From Saprospiraceae bacterium (GTDB taxonomy: Bacteria; Bacteroidota; Bacteroidia; Chitinophagales; Saprospiraceae): a DNA stretch of 31,249 nt. The stretch lies in NCBI GenBank assembly GCA_025455635.1, contig JALOMF010000003.1, forward strand, positions 1 through 31,249, given 5' to 3'. Below, one piece after another: positions 16,323 to 26,600 of the stretch. Within the stretch, counting starts at the first letter, position 1. The number at the start of each line of letters is the position of its first letter. The notes below the pieces were generated by a model that did not search any database, was not told where the DNA came from, and was given only the letters and a program-made list of their open reading frames with translations. The translations under genes were made by a program, and so were the position numbers.

Positions 16323-17846
16323 ATGACGAACAAACTCAACCTCCTCCTCCTCAGCGCCTTGCTGCTGTTCGCAGCCCCCGTTTTTTCGCAGAACTTGTCT
16401 GCCGATAGGCATGGAAAATACGAGCCTACTTGGGCAAGCCTCGACGCACGGCCCGTACCGGACTGGTTCATGGACGCCAAGTTCGGCATCTTCATCCACT
16501 GGGGGCCGTACTCGGTGCCAGCTTGGGCACCCGTGGGCACCTACTCCGAGTGGTACCAGTATTGGCTGCAAAACCGCACCTGCTGGGGCAACAACATCAC
16601 CGACCCCGAGGTCATTTTCAAGTACCACAACCAGAACTACGGGCGGCACTTCAGCTACTACCAGTTCGGGCAAGACTTCCGGGCGGAGCTGTTCAACCCC
16701 GACGAATGGGCCAAGCTGTTCCAGGATGCCGGGGCGAAGTACATCGTGCTCACCTCCAAGCACCACGACGGCTACTGCCTCTGGCCCAGCGCCGAGGCCA
16801 ACAAAACATGGGGCTTCCCGTGGAACGCCGTGGACTGCGGCCCCAAGCGTGACCTCATCGGCGACCTGCAAAAAGCAGTGAAAAAGACCGACGTGCGCTT
16901 CGGCCTCTACTACTCCCTCTACGAGTGGTTCAACCCGCTCTGGCTCTCCGACCGTGACAAGTTCGTGGCGGAGCATACGCTGCCGCAACTGAAAGACCTC
17001 GTGAACCGCTACCAGCCCGACATCGTCTGGCCGGACGGCGACTGGGATGCCAGCGACACCACTTGGCGCAGCCGGGAGTTCCTCACGTGGCTTTTCAACG
17101 AGAGCGCCGTGAAGGACAAAGTGGCCGTGAACGACCGCTGGGGCAAGGGCATCCGGCACCACCATGGCGGCTATTTCAGCCCAGAGTACGAGAGCGCCGC
17201 CGACCGCAAGCGCTACTGGGAGGAGTGCCGGGGCATGGGCTTCAGCTTCGGTTACAACAAGCAAGAGGACGCCACGGACTACTCCTCCGTGCAGACCCTC
17301 GTGCTCACGCTCGTGGACATCGTGTCGCACGGCGGCAACCTGCTGCTTGACATCGGCCCGGATGCCAGCGGCAAAATACCGCCCATCATGCAAGACCGCC
17401 TGCTGGGCATCGGCGATTGGCTAAAAACGAACGGCGAAGCCATTTACGAAACGGAAAAATGGCGCACGCCCGTGCAGTGGTCGGAAGGGCAGCAGATGAC
17501 CGCCGAGCAGTACAAAGAGAAGTACAACCAAAAGGCGTACATCGCCGCCGATTTCATCCTGAAGCAGACCGTCAGCCCGGAGCCGGGCATGGCCGTGAAG
17601 CAGGTTTTTTTCACGAAAAAAGGCGATGCGCTCTATGCCATCACGCCCGTTTTACCCAAGGGGAAAATGGTGCTGAAAAACGTGACCGCCGCCAATGGCG
17701 CTCAGGTGACGCTGCTCGGCTACAAGGGCAAGCCGCTCGCTTGGGCGCAGCAGGGGAAGGATTTGGTCGTCACCGTACCAGTGATTGGGCTGGGCGAAAT
17801 GAAGGAGCAAGCAGCGTACTCATTCAAGGTGTCGGGGGTGAAGTAG
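16323..17846 (+). CDS. Alpha-L-fucosidase, GH29, secreted
   Basis: Signal peptide MTNKLNLLLL...VFSQ; WFMDAKFGIFIHWG, LTSKHHDG, WPDGD nucleophile, WEECRG, NLLLDIGP. Start taken at ATG 16323. Confidence 0.93.
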   Translation: MTNKLNLLLLSALLLFAAPVFSQNLSADRHGKYEPTWASLDARPVPDWFMDAKFGIFIHWGPYSVPAWAPVGTYSEWYQYWLQNRTCWGNNITDPEVIFKYHNQNYGRHFSYYQFGQDFRAELFNPDEWAKLFQDAGAKYIVLTSKHHDGYCLWPSAEANKTWGFPWNAVDCGPKRDLIGDLQKAVKKTDVRFGLYYSLYEWFNPLWLSDRDKFVAEHTLPQLKDLVNRYQPDIVWPDGDWDASDTTWRSREFLTWLFNESAVKDKVAVNDRWGKGIRHHHGGYFSPEYESAADRKRYWEECRGMGFSFGYNKQEDATDYSSVQTLVLTLVDIVSHGGNLLLDIGPDASGKIPPIMQDRLLGIGDWLKTNGEAIYETEKWRTPVQWSEGQQMTAEQYKEKYNQKAYIAADFILKQTVSPEPGMAVKQVFFTKKGDALYAITPVLPKGKMVLKNVTAANGAQVTLLGYKGKPLAWAQQGKDLVVTVPVIGLGEMKEQAAYSFKVSGVK

Positions 17847-17864
17847 CGATTTAGTTTCGATTGG

Positions 17865-17906
17865 TGTTTCACGCAACTCCGATAGCTATTGGAGTTGCGT
17901 GAAACA
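17865..17906. terminator. Long perfect hairpin between convergent genes
   Basis: tgtttcacgcaactcc-gatagctatt-ggagttgcgtgaaaca (16-bp perfect stem). Confidence 0.7.
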
Positions 17907-17932
17907 GATTTTGGAACACTCAAAAAAACACC

Positions 17933-19696
17933 TCACTTCCCGTCAAAACCTATCTGCTTCGCAAACGGGTTCACCGTCCTTTCCAACAACGCCGCTGCTT
18001 GCGCCCTCGTCAGCCCCTCGTATTGCGAAGCATCCAAGCCAGCGGGCAAGTCGGCCATTTTCACCAAACTATCGGGATAGAACCACGTGCGGTTGGCCCA
18101 TTGGTACGGCTCTCCCTTGCCGGGCAGCAGCCCCGATGCGCCCACCCGCTGTATCGCCTCGAACTGTGGGTGCGTGGGCGGCACGTCGTAGTAGGGCATG
18201 AGGTAGCCTTTGCTTCGCAACACCTCCGCCTGTATCTCCCTGACTTTCAGTTGTTTAGGTGAAACATCCTGCTTTACGCTCATGGCCGCCATGATGCCCG
18301 CCGCCTGCCCCACTTGCAGGATGACAGGCTGGAGGCGGCTCGCCCCGTTCACGATGTTCGACACCGAAATGGCCTTGTCGGCGATGAGCAGGTCGTCCAC
18401 ATCACGGGGGATGAGGCAGCCAGCCGGGATGCTGAACGAGGGCACGGGCGGGAAGTCAATGACCGGGGCATCGGGCCGCTCCTTGTGGTGGTGGTCAATG
18501 GGGTAATCGCCGACGGCAATGCCAGTGAACTGGATTGCGGATTCTGGATTGCGAAATCGAAGATTCACGTCAGTAATTGCGGATTGGCCTTCATTCCGCA
18601 ATCCGTAATCCGTAATCCGCAATTTGTTGACCGTTAGGCGCACGAGGCCGTGGATACGGCGGCCTTCCCGATGGTAGGGCATCAGGGCCAGCCCATCGCC
18701 ATTCGGGAACTCGTCATCGGGGAAGCCGAGGTGCTTGTAGCCCAGCTCGGTTTGGATGTAGTAGATGAAACAGCGGGTCTTGTTCTTGGCTTTTTCGTAC
18801 AATGCAAGCCGCTCGTTTTCAGGCAGTTCCGAAACATTGGCGTAAAAATCGTTGCCGTGCAGCGGCCAGTTGAGCAGGTATTTGTTGCCTGGGAGTTTGG
18901 CGTAGTTGAGCATGGTCGGGCAGGGGTGCGGCTTTTCGCCGGGACACCGCTCTCCTCCCCCTTTAGGGGGCTGGGGGCTGGGGTTGCAACAGCACCTGAA
19001 CAACTCCGGGTCGTAGCCCTCTGGCTTCGCAATGGTCTTGTCGGCACCCTTGCCATAATCCTTCAAAATGGCGCACCAAGTGAGGTCTTGTACGATGTCG
19101 TTGGCCTGCTCTGGGGCCATCGGCTCGCCGGTGTCGGAGCGGGCGTCCATGCCGAGGTCGTAGCCGCAGCCGACTGCCGCCGCCACGTCGCCGAGGTCGG
19201 TGGCATCAATGAGGATGCGGCAAACCACCACGATTTTTTCACCATTTTTATCAATCAAAACCCTCCAATACTTGCCTTGTTTTTCGGCGGAAATAAAATT
19301 GGAAGAGGCCCAAACGCTAAGTTTGGTTTCCTGTGATGCCATTTCAGCAAAAATCTTCGCCCCCACATGCGGCTCGAAGTGGGTATTGCTCACCCAACCC
19401 GTGGCCACGCTGTCCGGCCCACCGTAGTAGTCGTAAACCCGCTGCCGGAACTCGCCCCAAATGCCAGCGGGCATGGCGTGGTTGCCGTCCGTGGCGCTGA
19501 CCCCGGCGGCGGTGAGCATGCCCCCCAGCCACGGCGTCGGTTCCACGATAATGGTTTTCACCCCTTGCCTAGCGGCAGCGATGCCCGCCGCCGTGCCGCC
19601 CGTGCCACCGCCAATGACGAGCACGTCGGTATCCAACTGTGTGGAACAAGCGGACAGTACAGCCGCCAAAAACCAGCATATCAGCGCCTTTTTCAT
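17933..19696 (-). CDS. FAD-dependent oxidoreductase lipoprotein (FAD_oxidored-like)
   Basis: Lipobox LSAC, VLVIGGGTGG.AAGIAAAR, WLGGMLT, IDATDLGD, NGASRLQP....GQAAG. Carries two repeat-derived in-frame segments. Confidence 0.88.
   Translation of the reverse strand: MKKALICWFLAAVLSACSTQLDTDVLVIGGGTGGTAAGIAAARQGVKTIIVEPTPWLGGMLTAAGVSATDGNHAMPAGIWGEFRQRVYDYYGGPDSVATGWVSNTHFEPHVGAKIFAEMASQETKLSVWASSNFISAEKQGKYWRVLIDKNGEKIVVVCRILIDATDLGDVAAAVGCGYDLGMDARSDTGEPMAPEQANDIVQDLTWCAILKDYGKGADKTIAKPEGYDPELFRCCCNPSPQPPKGGGERCPGEKPHPCPTMLNYAKLPGNKYLLNWPLHGNDFYANVSELPENERLALYEKAKNKTRCFIYYIQTELGYKHLGFPDDEFPNGDGLALMPYHREGRRIHGLVRLTVNKLRITDYGLRNEGQSAITDVNLRFRNPESAIQFTGIAVGDYPIDHHHKERPDAPVIDFPPVPSFSIPAGCLIPRDVDDLLIADKAISVSNIVNGASRLQPVILQVGQAAGIMAAMSVKQDVSPKQLKVREIQAEVLRSKGYLMPYYDVPPTHPQFEAIQRVGASGLLPGKGEPYQWANRTWFYPDSLVKMADLPAGLDASQYEGLTRAQAAALLERTVNPFAKQIGFDGK
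18532..18618. repeat. Heptamer palindrome read through in frame inside the oxidoreductase gene
   Basis: ggattgc ggattct ggattgc g ... cgcaatc cgtaatc cgtaatc c (22-bp arms, 3 mismatches). Confidence 0.8.
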
Positions 19697-20002
19697 TGAA
19701 GATTTATTTAGAATAGATGGCGAGGCCTCCTTTTTTAATACGGCATATCGGAATTCACATTAGCGCCTACAAAGGTCATTTTTTGGACAAGCTCGTTGGC
19801 CAAAACAACCGTATAAATAATGCGAAATATTTACAACTGATTAAGCGCTAGGTGAAACTGTAAATTTAAAATCTTTTCGAACCAGTGAGAGTCGGGAGCA
19901 AACTGAAAAAAGGAGATTAGTTTTTCAACTGGTGCGAATTTGACAGGAGGGTTGTTGGCATCCAACGATTTGATGAATACCAAGCATCAAAATATGCGTT
20001 TG

Positions 20003-20569
20003 CTATTGCTTGGGCGTCGAATTGAACATGACCACGAACATGAGCATCAGCTTCATTTCAAAGGAAACCTTGTCATCCAGCTCGTCCTCGATGACCCAGT
20101 CACGGGGGTCACGCTCGTAGGAGGTGAACATGTTGAAATTACCGTTATTAGAGCTGCGCAATAGCCATTCGTCCGACTGGTTGCCCCATTTCGACTTGAG
20201 GGTGAGGGTGGTCGTGTTGTCGGTGATGCGCCACTCGTCGAACTGGCCGGGCCACACCGAACGGGCGTTGATGATGGTATTGTTCCCCCGCAAGTCCCAC
20301 TCTTCTGGTTTGTCTTTCCACTTCATCTTGATATTGCCAGTGAGGTCTCCGATGCGGTAGTCCCACTCTGTCCAGTCGTCTTCCCGGAGCTGCCAAGTGA
20401 GCTTCAGGGTGCCTTCCTCTTCGTTGCCGTCCTCATCTTCGGCATAAAAACGCCACTCCACGAAGCTGTCGTCGAAGTAGGACGAGATGCCCGTGAGATA
20501 GTACTGCTGCGCCTTCGAGGGCAAGGCAAGCAGGAATAGGACGGCTATGGAACATGCTGTTTTCATCAA
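20003..20569 (-). CDS. Exported hypothetical protein with periodic Trp repeats
   Basis: Signal peptide ending SKA-QQ; five W-x6-[DE]W-like units; hydrophobic C-terminal helix. Confidence 0.85.
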   Translation of the reverse strand: MMKTACSIAVLFLLALPSKAQQYYLTGISSYFDDSFVEWRFYAEDEDGNEEEGTLKLTWQLREDDWTEWDYRIGDLTGNIKMKWKDKPEEWDLRGNNTIINARSVWPGQFDEWRITDNTTTLTLKSKWGNQSDEWLLRSSNNGNFNMFTSYERDPRDWVIEDELDDKVSFEMKLMLMFVVMFNSTPKQ

Positions 20570-20591
20570 AAAACTATTGAGTTTTATAACA

Positions 20592-20629
20592 TGAAAGAGG
20601 GCCGCACACCAAAACGTGGCCCTCTTTCA
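20592..20629 (-). terminator. Intrinsic terminator after the metalloprotease gene
   Basis: tgaaagagggccgc-acaccaaaac-gtggccctctttca. Confidence 0.7.
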
Positions 20630-20657
20630 GACTCAAATAAACCTAAAAATGCCCAAA

Positions 20658-23600
20658 TTATTTTCTTAAAACCACCAACTTCTTTACCCCCCAATGCTGG
20701 CCGTCGCCAAGGCGAAGCAGGTACGAGCCGTTGGGCAGTCCACGCAGGTCGAGCGGGTGCCGTACTGCGCCCACCCCATCCATTTGCGAAGCGAACACCT
20801 GACGGCCCACCACGTCAAACACCGTGAGTTCGAGTTGGGCAACCGTTGGCAAATCAATTAGCAGGGTAAAAAGCCCATCGCTTGGGTTGGGCAGCACCTC
20901 GAAGCCCAACTCGTCCATGCGGTCGCCCGCAGCGCTCATGTCCACGATGACCTGGCCCGTGAAGGTACAGCCGTTTTCATCCATCACCACCACGGGGTAA
21001 GTGCCAAGCGGAAGGTCGTTGAACACGTTGCTGGACTGGAAGCTCGTACCGCCATCAATGGAGTACATCAACTGCCCCGTGCCGCCGCTAGCGACGATGC
21101 TCAGGTTGTTCAGCGCCAGTTGGAAATTGGCCGTCAGCGTTGTTGGCTCCAGCACCTGAATGCCCGGCACCTCGAACACATAGCCCGTGGCGTCCTTCAC
21201 CTGAACCGAGTAGGTGCCAGCGCCGAGGTCGGTATAAATCGTTTGCGAAGAAAAAGCACCACCATTGAGGGCGTACTCGTAAGGCGGGGTTCCACCCGTC
21301 ACGCCCATGATTTCGATTTGGCCATCCGACTCACCAGAGCAGGTGATGTCGCCAACGCTGATGGTCGCCGCCACGACTGCATTCACGACCACGCCCGTGG
21401 TGGCTGTGCAGCCATATTCATCCCGGATGGTGAGGGTGTAAGCGCCGTTGCTGCTTGCAGTCAGTTCATTGCTGGCTTCAAAATTTTGGCCGTCGAGGCT
21501 GTACTCGTAAGCCCCCGTGCCGCCCGTGCCCGTGGCAGTGACGGTCAGCCCGGCCACCGATGCCGTGACCGACAGCACGGGCGGGTCAATTACGATGATG
21601 TTCGGGGCAGTCGTCATGGCCCCATCAGCGCCCATCACGGTGACGGTGTAAGTTCCGGCAGGCAACCCATCGAACACGTTGCTCGACTGGAAGGCCCCGC
21701 CGTTCAGGCTGTACTGGTAGGGGGGCACCCCGCCACTGCCAATCACGCTGATGATGGCATCCGAGTCACCGTGGCAGCTCACGGGCTGGGTCGTCGAAAC
21801 GAACACATTGGGCGGCAGCCCGCCCACAAAAACGCTCGCCGTGGCCGTGCAACCGTTGGCGTCCATGACGGTTACGGTGGCAGCCCCGTTGGCCACGTTG
21901 CTGAAAGTATTGGCGGATTGGAATGCCCCAGCCCCCAACTGATATTGGTAGGGAGCCGTGCCGCCGCTGGCCGTCACGGTCACGGTCTGGGCATTTGTGG
22001 AAGGTGTCACCACGATAGCAGTTGGTGCCGTTATGGTAATGTTCGACGAAGAAACCGTGAAGCCGCCACTGTCATTTACGCTCAAAACATAACTACCAGC
22101 GGCCAAGCCAGGGAAGGTATTGCCGTTCTGGAAGGCCCCGCCGTTCAGGCTGTACTGGTAGGGTGGCACACCGCCAGTGCCCGTTGCCGTGATTTGGCCG
22201 TTTGAGCCACCAGCACAGCTTATTTGCTGTGAAATGCTGCCCGATACACCCAGTGCAGCTACCGAAACCGTCACGTTTGCCATAGTCTGGCAGCCGTTGG
22301 CGTCCACTACAGTGACGGTATGTGCGCCGTTTGCAATGGGCGTGAAACTGTTGCTGCCCTGCAATGCCCCACCGTCGAGGCTGTACTGCAAGCTGCCTGT
22401 GCCGCCGCTGGCGGTCACCGTCACGGTGTAGCCCGTGGCGGTGGCGGTGGCACTTATTTGCGCTGGCGCAATGAGCGTGACAGGCGCCGCAGTCGTCGTG
22501 GTTCCGTCGGCATCTAGGGTGCTGACGGTGTAGGTGCCAGCAGTCAGGTTGCCGAACACGTTGCTGTTTTGAAATGCGCCGCCGTTGAGGCTGTACTGGT
22601 AAGGAGCCATGCCGCCGGAGGCCGTCACCGTGATTTGGCCATTGCTCCCCCCAAAGCAACCGATGCTGCCCGTGATGCTCGCCGACACTATCGTGTTATT
22701 GACAAAAACAGTGGCCGTAGTGGTGGCGGTGCAGCCGTTGGCATCCCGAACCGTTAGGGTGTAGCTGCCATTTGGTAGGCTCGTGAAGGTGTTGCCAGAC
22801 TGGAATGCGCCACCATTGAGGCTGTACTGCAAAGCGCCAGTGCCGCCTACTGCCGTCACGGTGATGGTGTTCATGTTGACCGAAGCCGAGGCTGCCAGCA
22901 GCACTGGGTTGTTCAGCAACACGGTGGATGTCGTTTGTGAAAAACCATCCGCATCTACCACTTGGAAGGAGTAGGTGCCGGGGACAAGGTTCATGAAAAT
23001 ATTGCTGGATTGCGGTGTGCCGCCGTTCATGGCGTACTGGAACGGCGCTGTGCCGCCCGCCGTCGAAACGGTAATGACCCCGTCATTTTCCCCAAAACAA
23101 CTGATGCCCTCCATGATGCTGGCCGACACGACGAGCGTGTTTACGGCGACGAGCGCAGTCGTGGTGGCCGTGCAGCCGTTGGCGTCCGACACGGTGACAG
23201 TGTAGGCGCCGTTGGCCACGCCGCTGAATGTATTGCTTGCTTGAAACGCCCCGCCGATACTGTACTGCAAATTGCCCGTGCCGCCGCTGGCCGTCACGGT
23301 GATGGTGCTTGTGCTGACATTGGCGCTTGCCGAAAGAGCCGATACTGCGCTGATTGTCAAGGCATTAGCACTGACGGTAAAGCCGTCAACATCCTTGACC
23401 ATAATTGTGTAAGCACCAGGGGCGAGGCCGCTGAATATGTTGCTGGATTGGAAAGCGCCGCCGTTCAGGCTGTACTCCAGTGGCGCTTGGCCACCGCTGG
23501 CCGATACGGTAATCACCCCGTTGTTTACCCCAAAACAGGTGACTGACTGCGTGATTGCGGCGGTAGCCGCCAAATTATTTTGAAGGATATTGATTTGAAA

Positions 23601-26600
23601 AACTTGGGCATGAAGCCAGCTGCCGCTGTTGTCTTGGTAATCGAAGGTAAACTGGTCAGAAGTGGTCATGCTCCCGTTGTGGTCGTAAGCGAGCAGCCCG
23701 GCATTTATATCCGCTTGCGCAAAGCTGCCGCCGATGCCCAACGGGGTGCCGTTGAGCAGCAGAGTGCCATTGGCCGGCAATGACAGCAAGGTGAAATCAA
23801 GGCTAGCGGCTGGTGTGCCCTGCCCTTGAAGGTATGCGTTGGTAACGACCCCGGATTGGCCTTGCGGCACGGTCAGCACCTCATTTTCCAATAAAACCGC
23901 TGCTGTGGAGGCCGTCAAGCCGCAGATTTCGAGCGACCACGAGAGCAGGGAACCGCCGTCGTCGTCGTAGTTATCGGTGATGCGGAGCGTCCAGTTGCCT
24001 TGTGAGTTTTGGGAACTGAAGGCGGAGAATGCCTCCATCGGCTGGTAATCGCCACTGATGGCAGGTACCGAGCCGTTGCAGGCAGCCTCAAACATGGCCG
24101 CCGTATTGGTGAAAGCGTCAGAAAAACTCGCATTGATATCATCGCCGCTGCATCCAAAATCCGAAGCGGGAACGCCCGGCCTGTCGAACACAACCCTCGT
24201 TGTGTTTTGTGGAGAAACCAGCTCCACCTCCAAGTCGCCGACGTAGCTGTGGTCAATGTTCATCGTCGTTTTCACCGAAATGATGGACTGGCTGATGGGC
24301 ACGTTGAGCGTTTTGGTGACAGTGCCCACTACCGTCGGGATGGCCAGTGGTAGGCCCGTGGCGTTGAAGGTCTGGCAGCCGATATTGCCCAAGTGGAAGG
24401 CCCTGAACGGTGCAAAAGCGCTCTGGCTGCAAGGGTTGATGGCCCGCACCCGCCAGTAGTAGATGCCCAGCGAGGCCAAGGCCGTCGGCACTTGGAAGCT
24501 CGTGGTCGTCACCGTACCAGAAGCAGTCAAAGTTGCAAAATTAGGTGAAGTGGAAACTTCAACGAGGTATTGCGAAGCGTTGGGTACAGCGGCCCAAGTG
24601 AGCGTGGGCTGCAAGACATTGACCTCTGCACCGGCAGCTGGAGCGCCCAGGCTGGGGCTGGCACTTACTTGGTCGAGCACCACCAGCACGAGGTTGTCGG
24701 TATTGGTGATGGAGCCGCCTGTGCCCGTCACCGTGAACGGGTAGGTGCCGGCAGCCACGCCCGTCAGGTTGCCAACGGTGAGCACCACATTTGCCGGAGG
24801 CGTAACGCCGTTTGGTGTGAAGGTGGCAGTTGCGCCAGCAGGAAGGCCGGAGGCCGTGAAAGTGACGGCTTGGCTGAAACCCGCCAACTGGAGCATATTG
24901 TAGGTGAAAGAGGCTTGGCCCGATTGGCAGGCGGAGGCGGTGTCGGCGGTGGCTGTGAGCACGAAATTGGGGTTCACGGCCATCTGGATGGTGAAGTTCT
25001 GGTTGGAAATATCGAAGTAGATATTGTTCTGTGCCTTGACCATCACCCTTGCTTGCGTGGTGGAAATATTGGGAACCAGCACACTCTCTGTGCCGTCGTT
25101 GTTGGTCGTCGTGAGCAGCGTGTAGGGGTAGGTATTGCCGCCGTCGGCGGAAAGCAGGACTTGAACCTGCGAGGTGGAAATCGGCGAAAGGTTGGTGCCG
25201 GCCACGTTCCAAGCGACAGTGGCCGTGCTGCCGCCGGTCCAAACGACGGAGGAAGTGTTGGGGTTGGTGACCACGAAGGGGCCAGCCGAACCATTGAAAT
25301 TAAGGGAAACGTTCACCTCGTCGGTGCAGCCAGCGCCGGGGTGGTTGTCCCGCACCGTGCAACGGAACGACATGGTACGGGTGACCGAGGGCAGCACCTC
25401 CCAAGTGGGCGTCGTGCCAGCGATGATGGCCGATAGGCTTGGGAAGTAGCGGCTCGGCGAAGTAGCCGGGTTGAAAGAGCGGAAAGCTGGCCCGCCCGTG
25501 TTGGTGGAGACCGGGGGCATGGTGGCCACTTGGTTGTTCATCTGCTCCCAGCAGTAGGTCAGCACGTCGCTGGGGTTGGCGTCGAGGCCCTGCGCCGTGA
25601 GCACGAAGGGCGTCGAGACGGGTAGGTTGTACGAAGCAGCGGCTACCGTGACCACTGGCGCAATGTTGCCGCTAGCGGTGGTGGTAGCGCAGCTGTTGCC
25701 GTTCCCAGTAATGTGGTTGTGGATTTCGCCGAGGTTGACGGCATGGAAATAATCGTCGGAATTGTTCTGTACGTTCGGGGCGCAGATGCCAGCATAGCCC
25801 ATGATGGTACTGGCGCTGCCGGGTTCCATGGCCGTGGCCCCGTTGCGGTTGCAGGAGTTGTTCTGGGTGTGGTTGCCCCCGAACTGGTGGCCCATCTCGT
25901 GCGCCACGTAATCCACATAAAAGGGGTCGCCAATGGGGCTGCCCAGACCAGTGACGCCCCTGGCCTTGCCGCCGGTATTGCACACGGAGTTTAGCTGCGC
26001 AATGCCGCCGCCGCCTGTGCTGAAAACGTGCCCGATGTCGTAGTTGGCGTTGCCGATGACGCTGTTGCAGGTCGTTTGGTTTTGGTCTAGCATCGTGCCG
26101 CCGTCGTTGTTGGTGTAGGGGTCGGTGTTGGCATTGAGGTAGATGAGCAGGTCGGTATTGGCCACCATGGTCAGGGTGACCGCAAATTCCCGCTCGTAGA
26201 TGCCGTTGATGCGGGTCATGGCGACGTTGAATGCGGCCAGTACCAGCGGCTTGGTGCCACCGTGGAAGGTGGCGTACTCGCCCGTGCAGGCGAGGGCGAG
26301 GGCGTAGTTGCGGTGCTGGCAATCACCGGGCGATTTCAGGTTTGCGATTTCGGATTGCGGGTTAGCCGACTTGCCGTAATCGAAAGCGTCGGAGTCTTCC
26401 ACCAGGCACTCGAAATTGTGCGGGTTGGGGTAGTCTTTTTTGAAATAGCTGATGTAGTGGCGGTCGTCGCCTTCGGCAAAAATGTCTATGTAGGCCGTGC
26501 TGTGGTTCGCCGACAAAATCATGGCGTGAAAGCCCTTCTGGGTGTAGCCGCAGCGCAGGTAGGCGGTTCCATCGGTCTTGCTCCATCCAGCAAAGGAGCG

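Noticed and set aside
19697-20002. AT-rich 300-bp intergenic region and the 74-aa ORF at 19940-20164
   Set aside because: No convincing repeat, RNA structure or coding signal; the ORF is antisense to a real gene.
20945-23571. Recurring ggcc/gcccc-gccgttcaggctgtactgg-like motif as a possible CRISPR or DGR repeat
   Set aside because: It recurs at protein-domain spacing, is degenerate, and encodes YQYSLNGGAFQ; no cas or reverse transcriptase genes are present.
21120-25436. Several + strand ORFs opposite the large protease
   Set aside because: Antisense artefacts of a GC-rich repetitive coding region.
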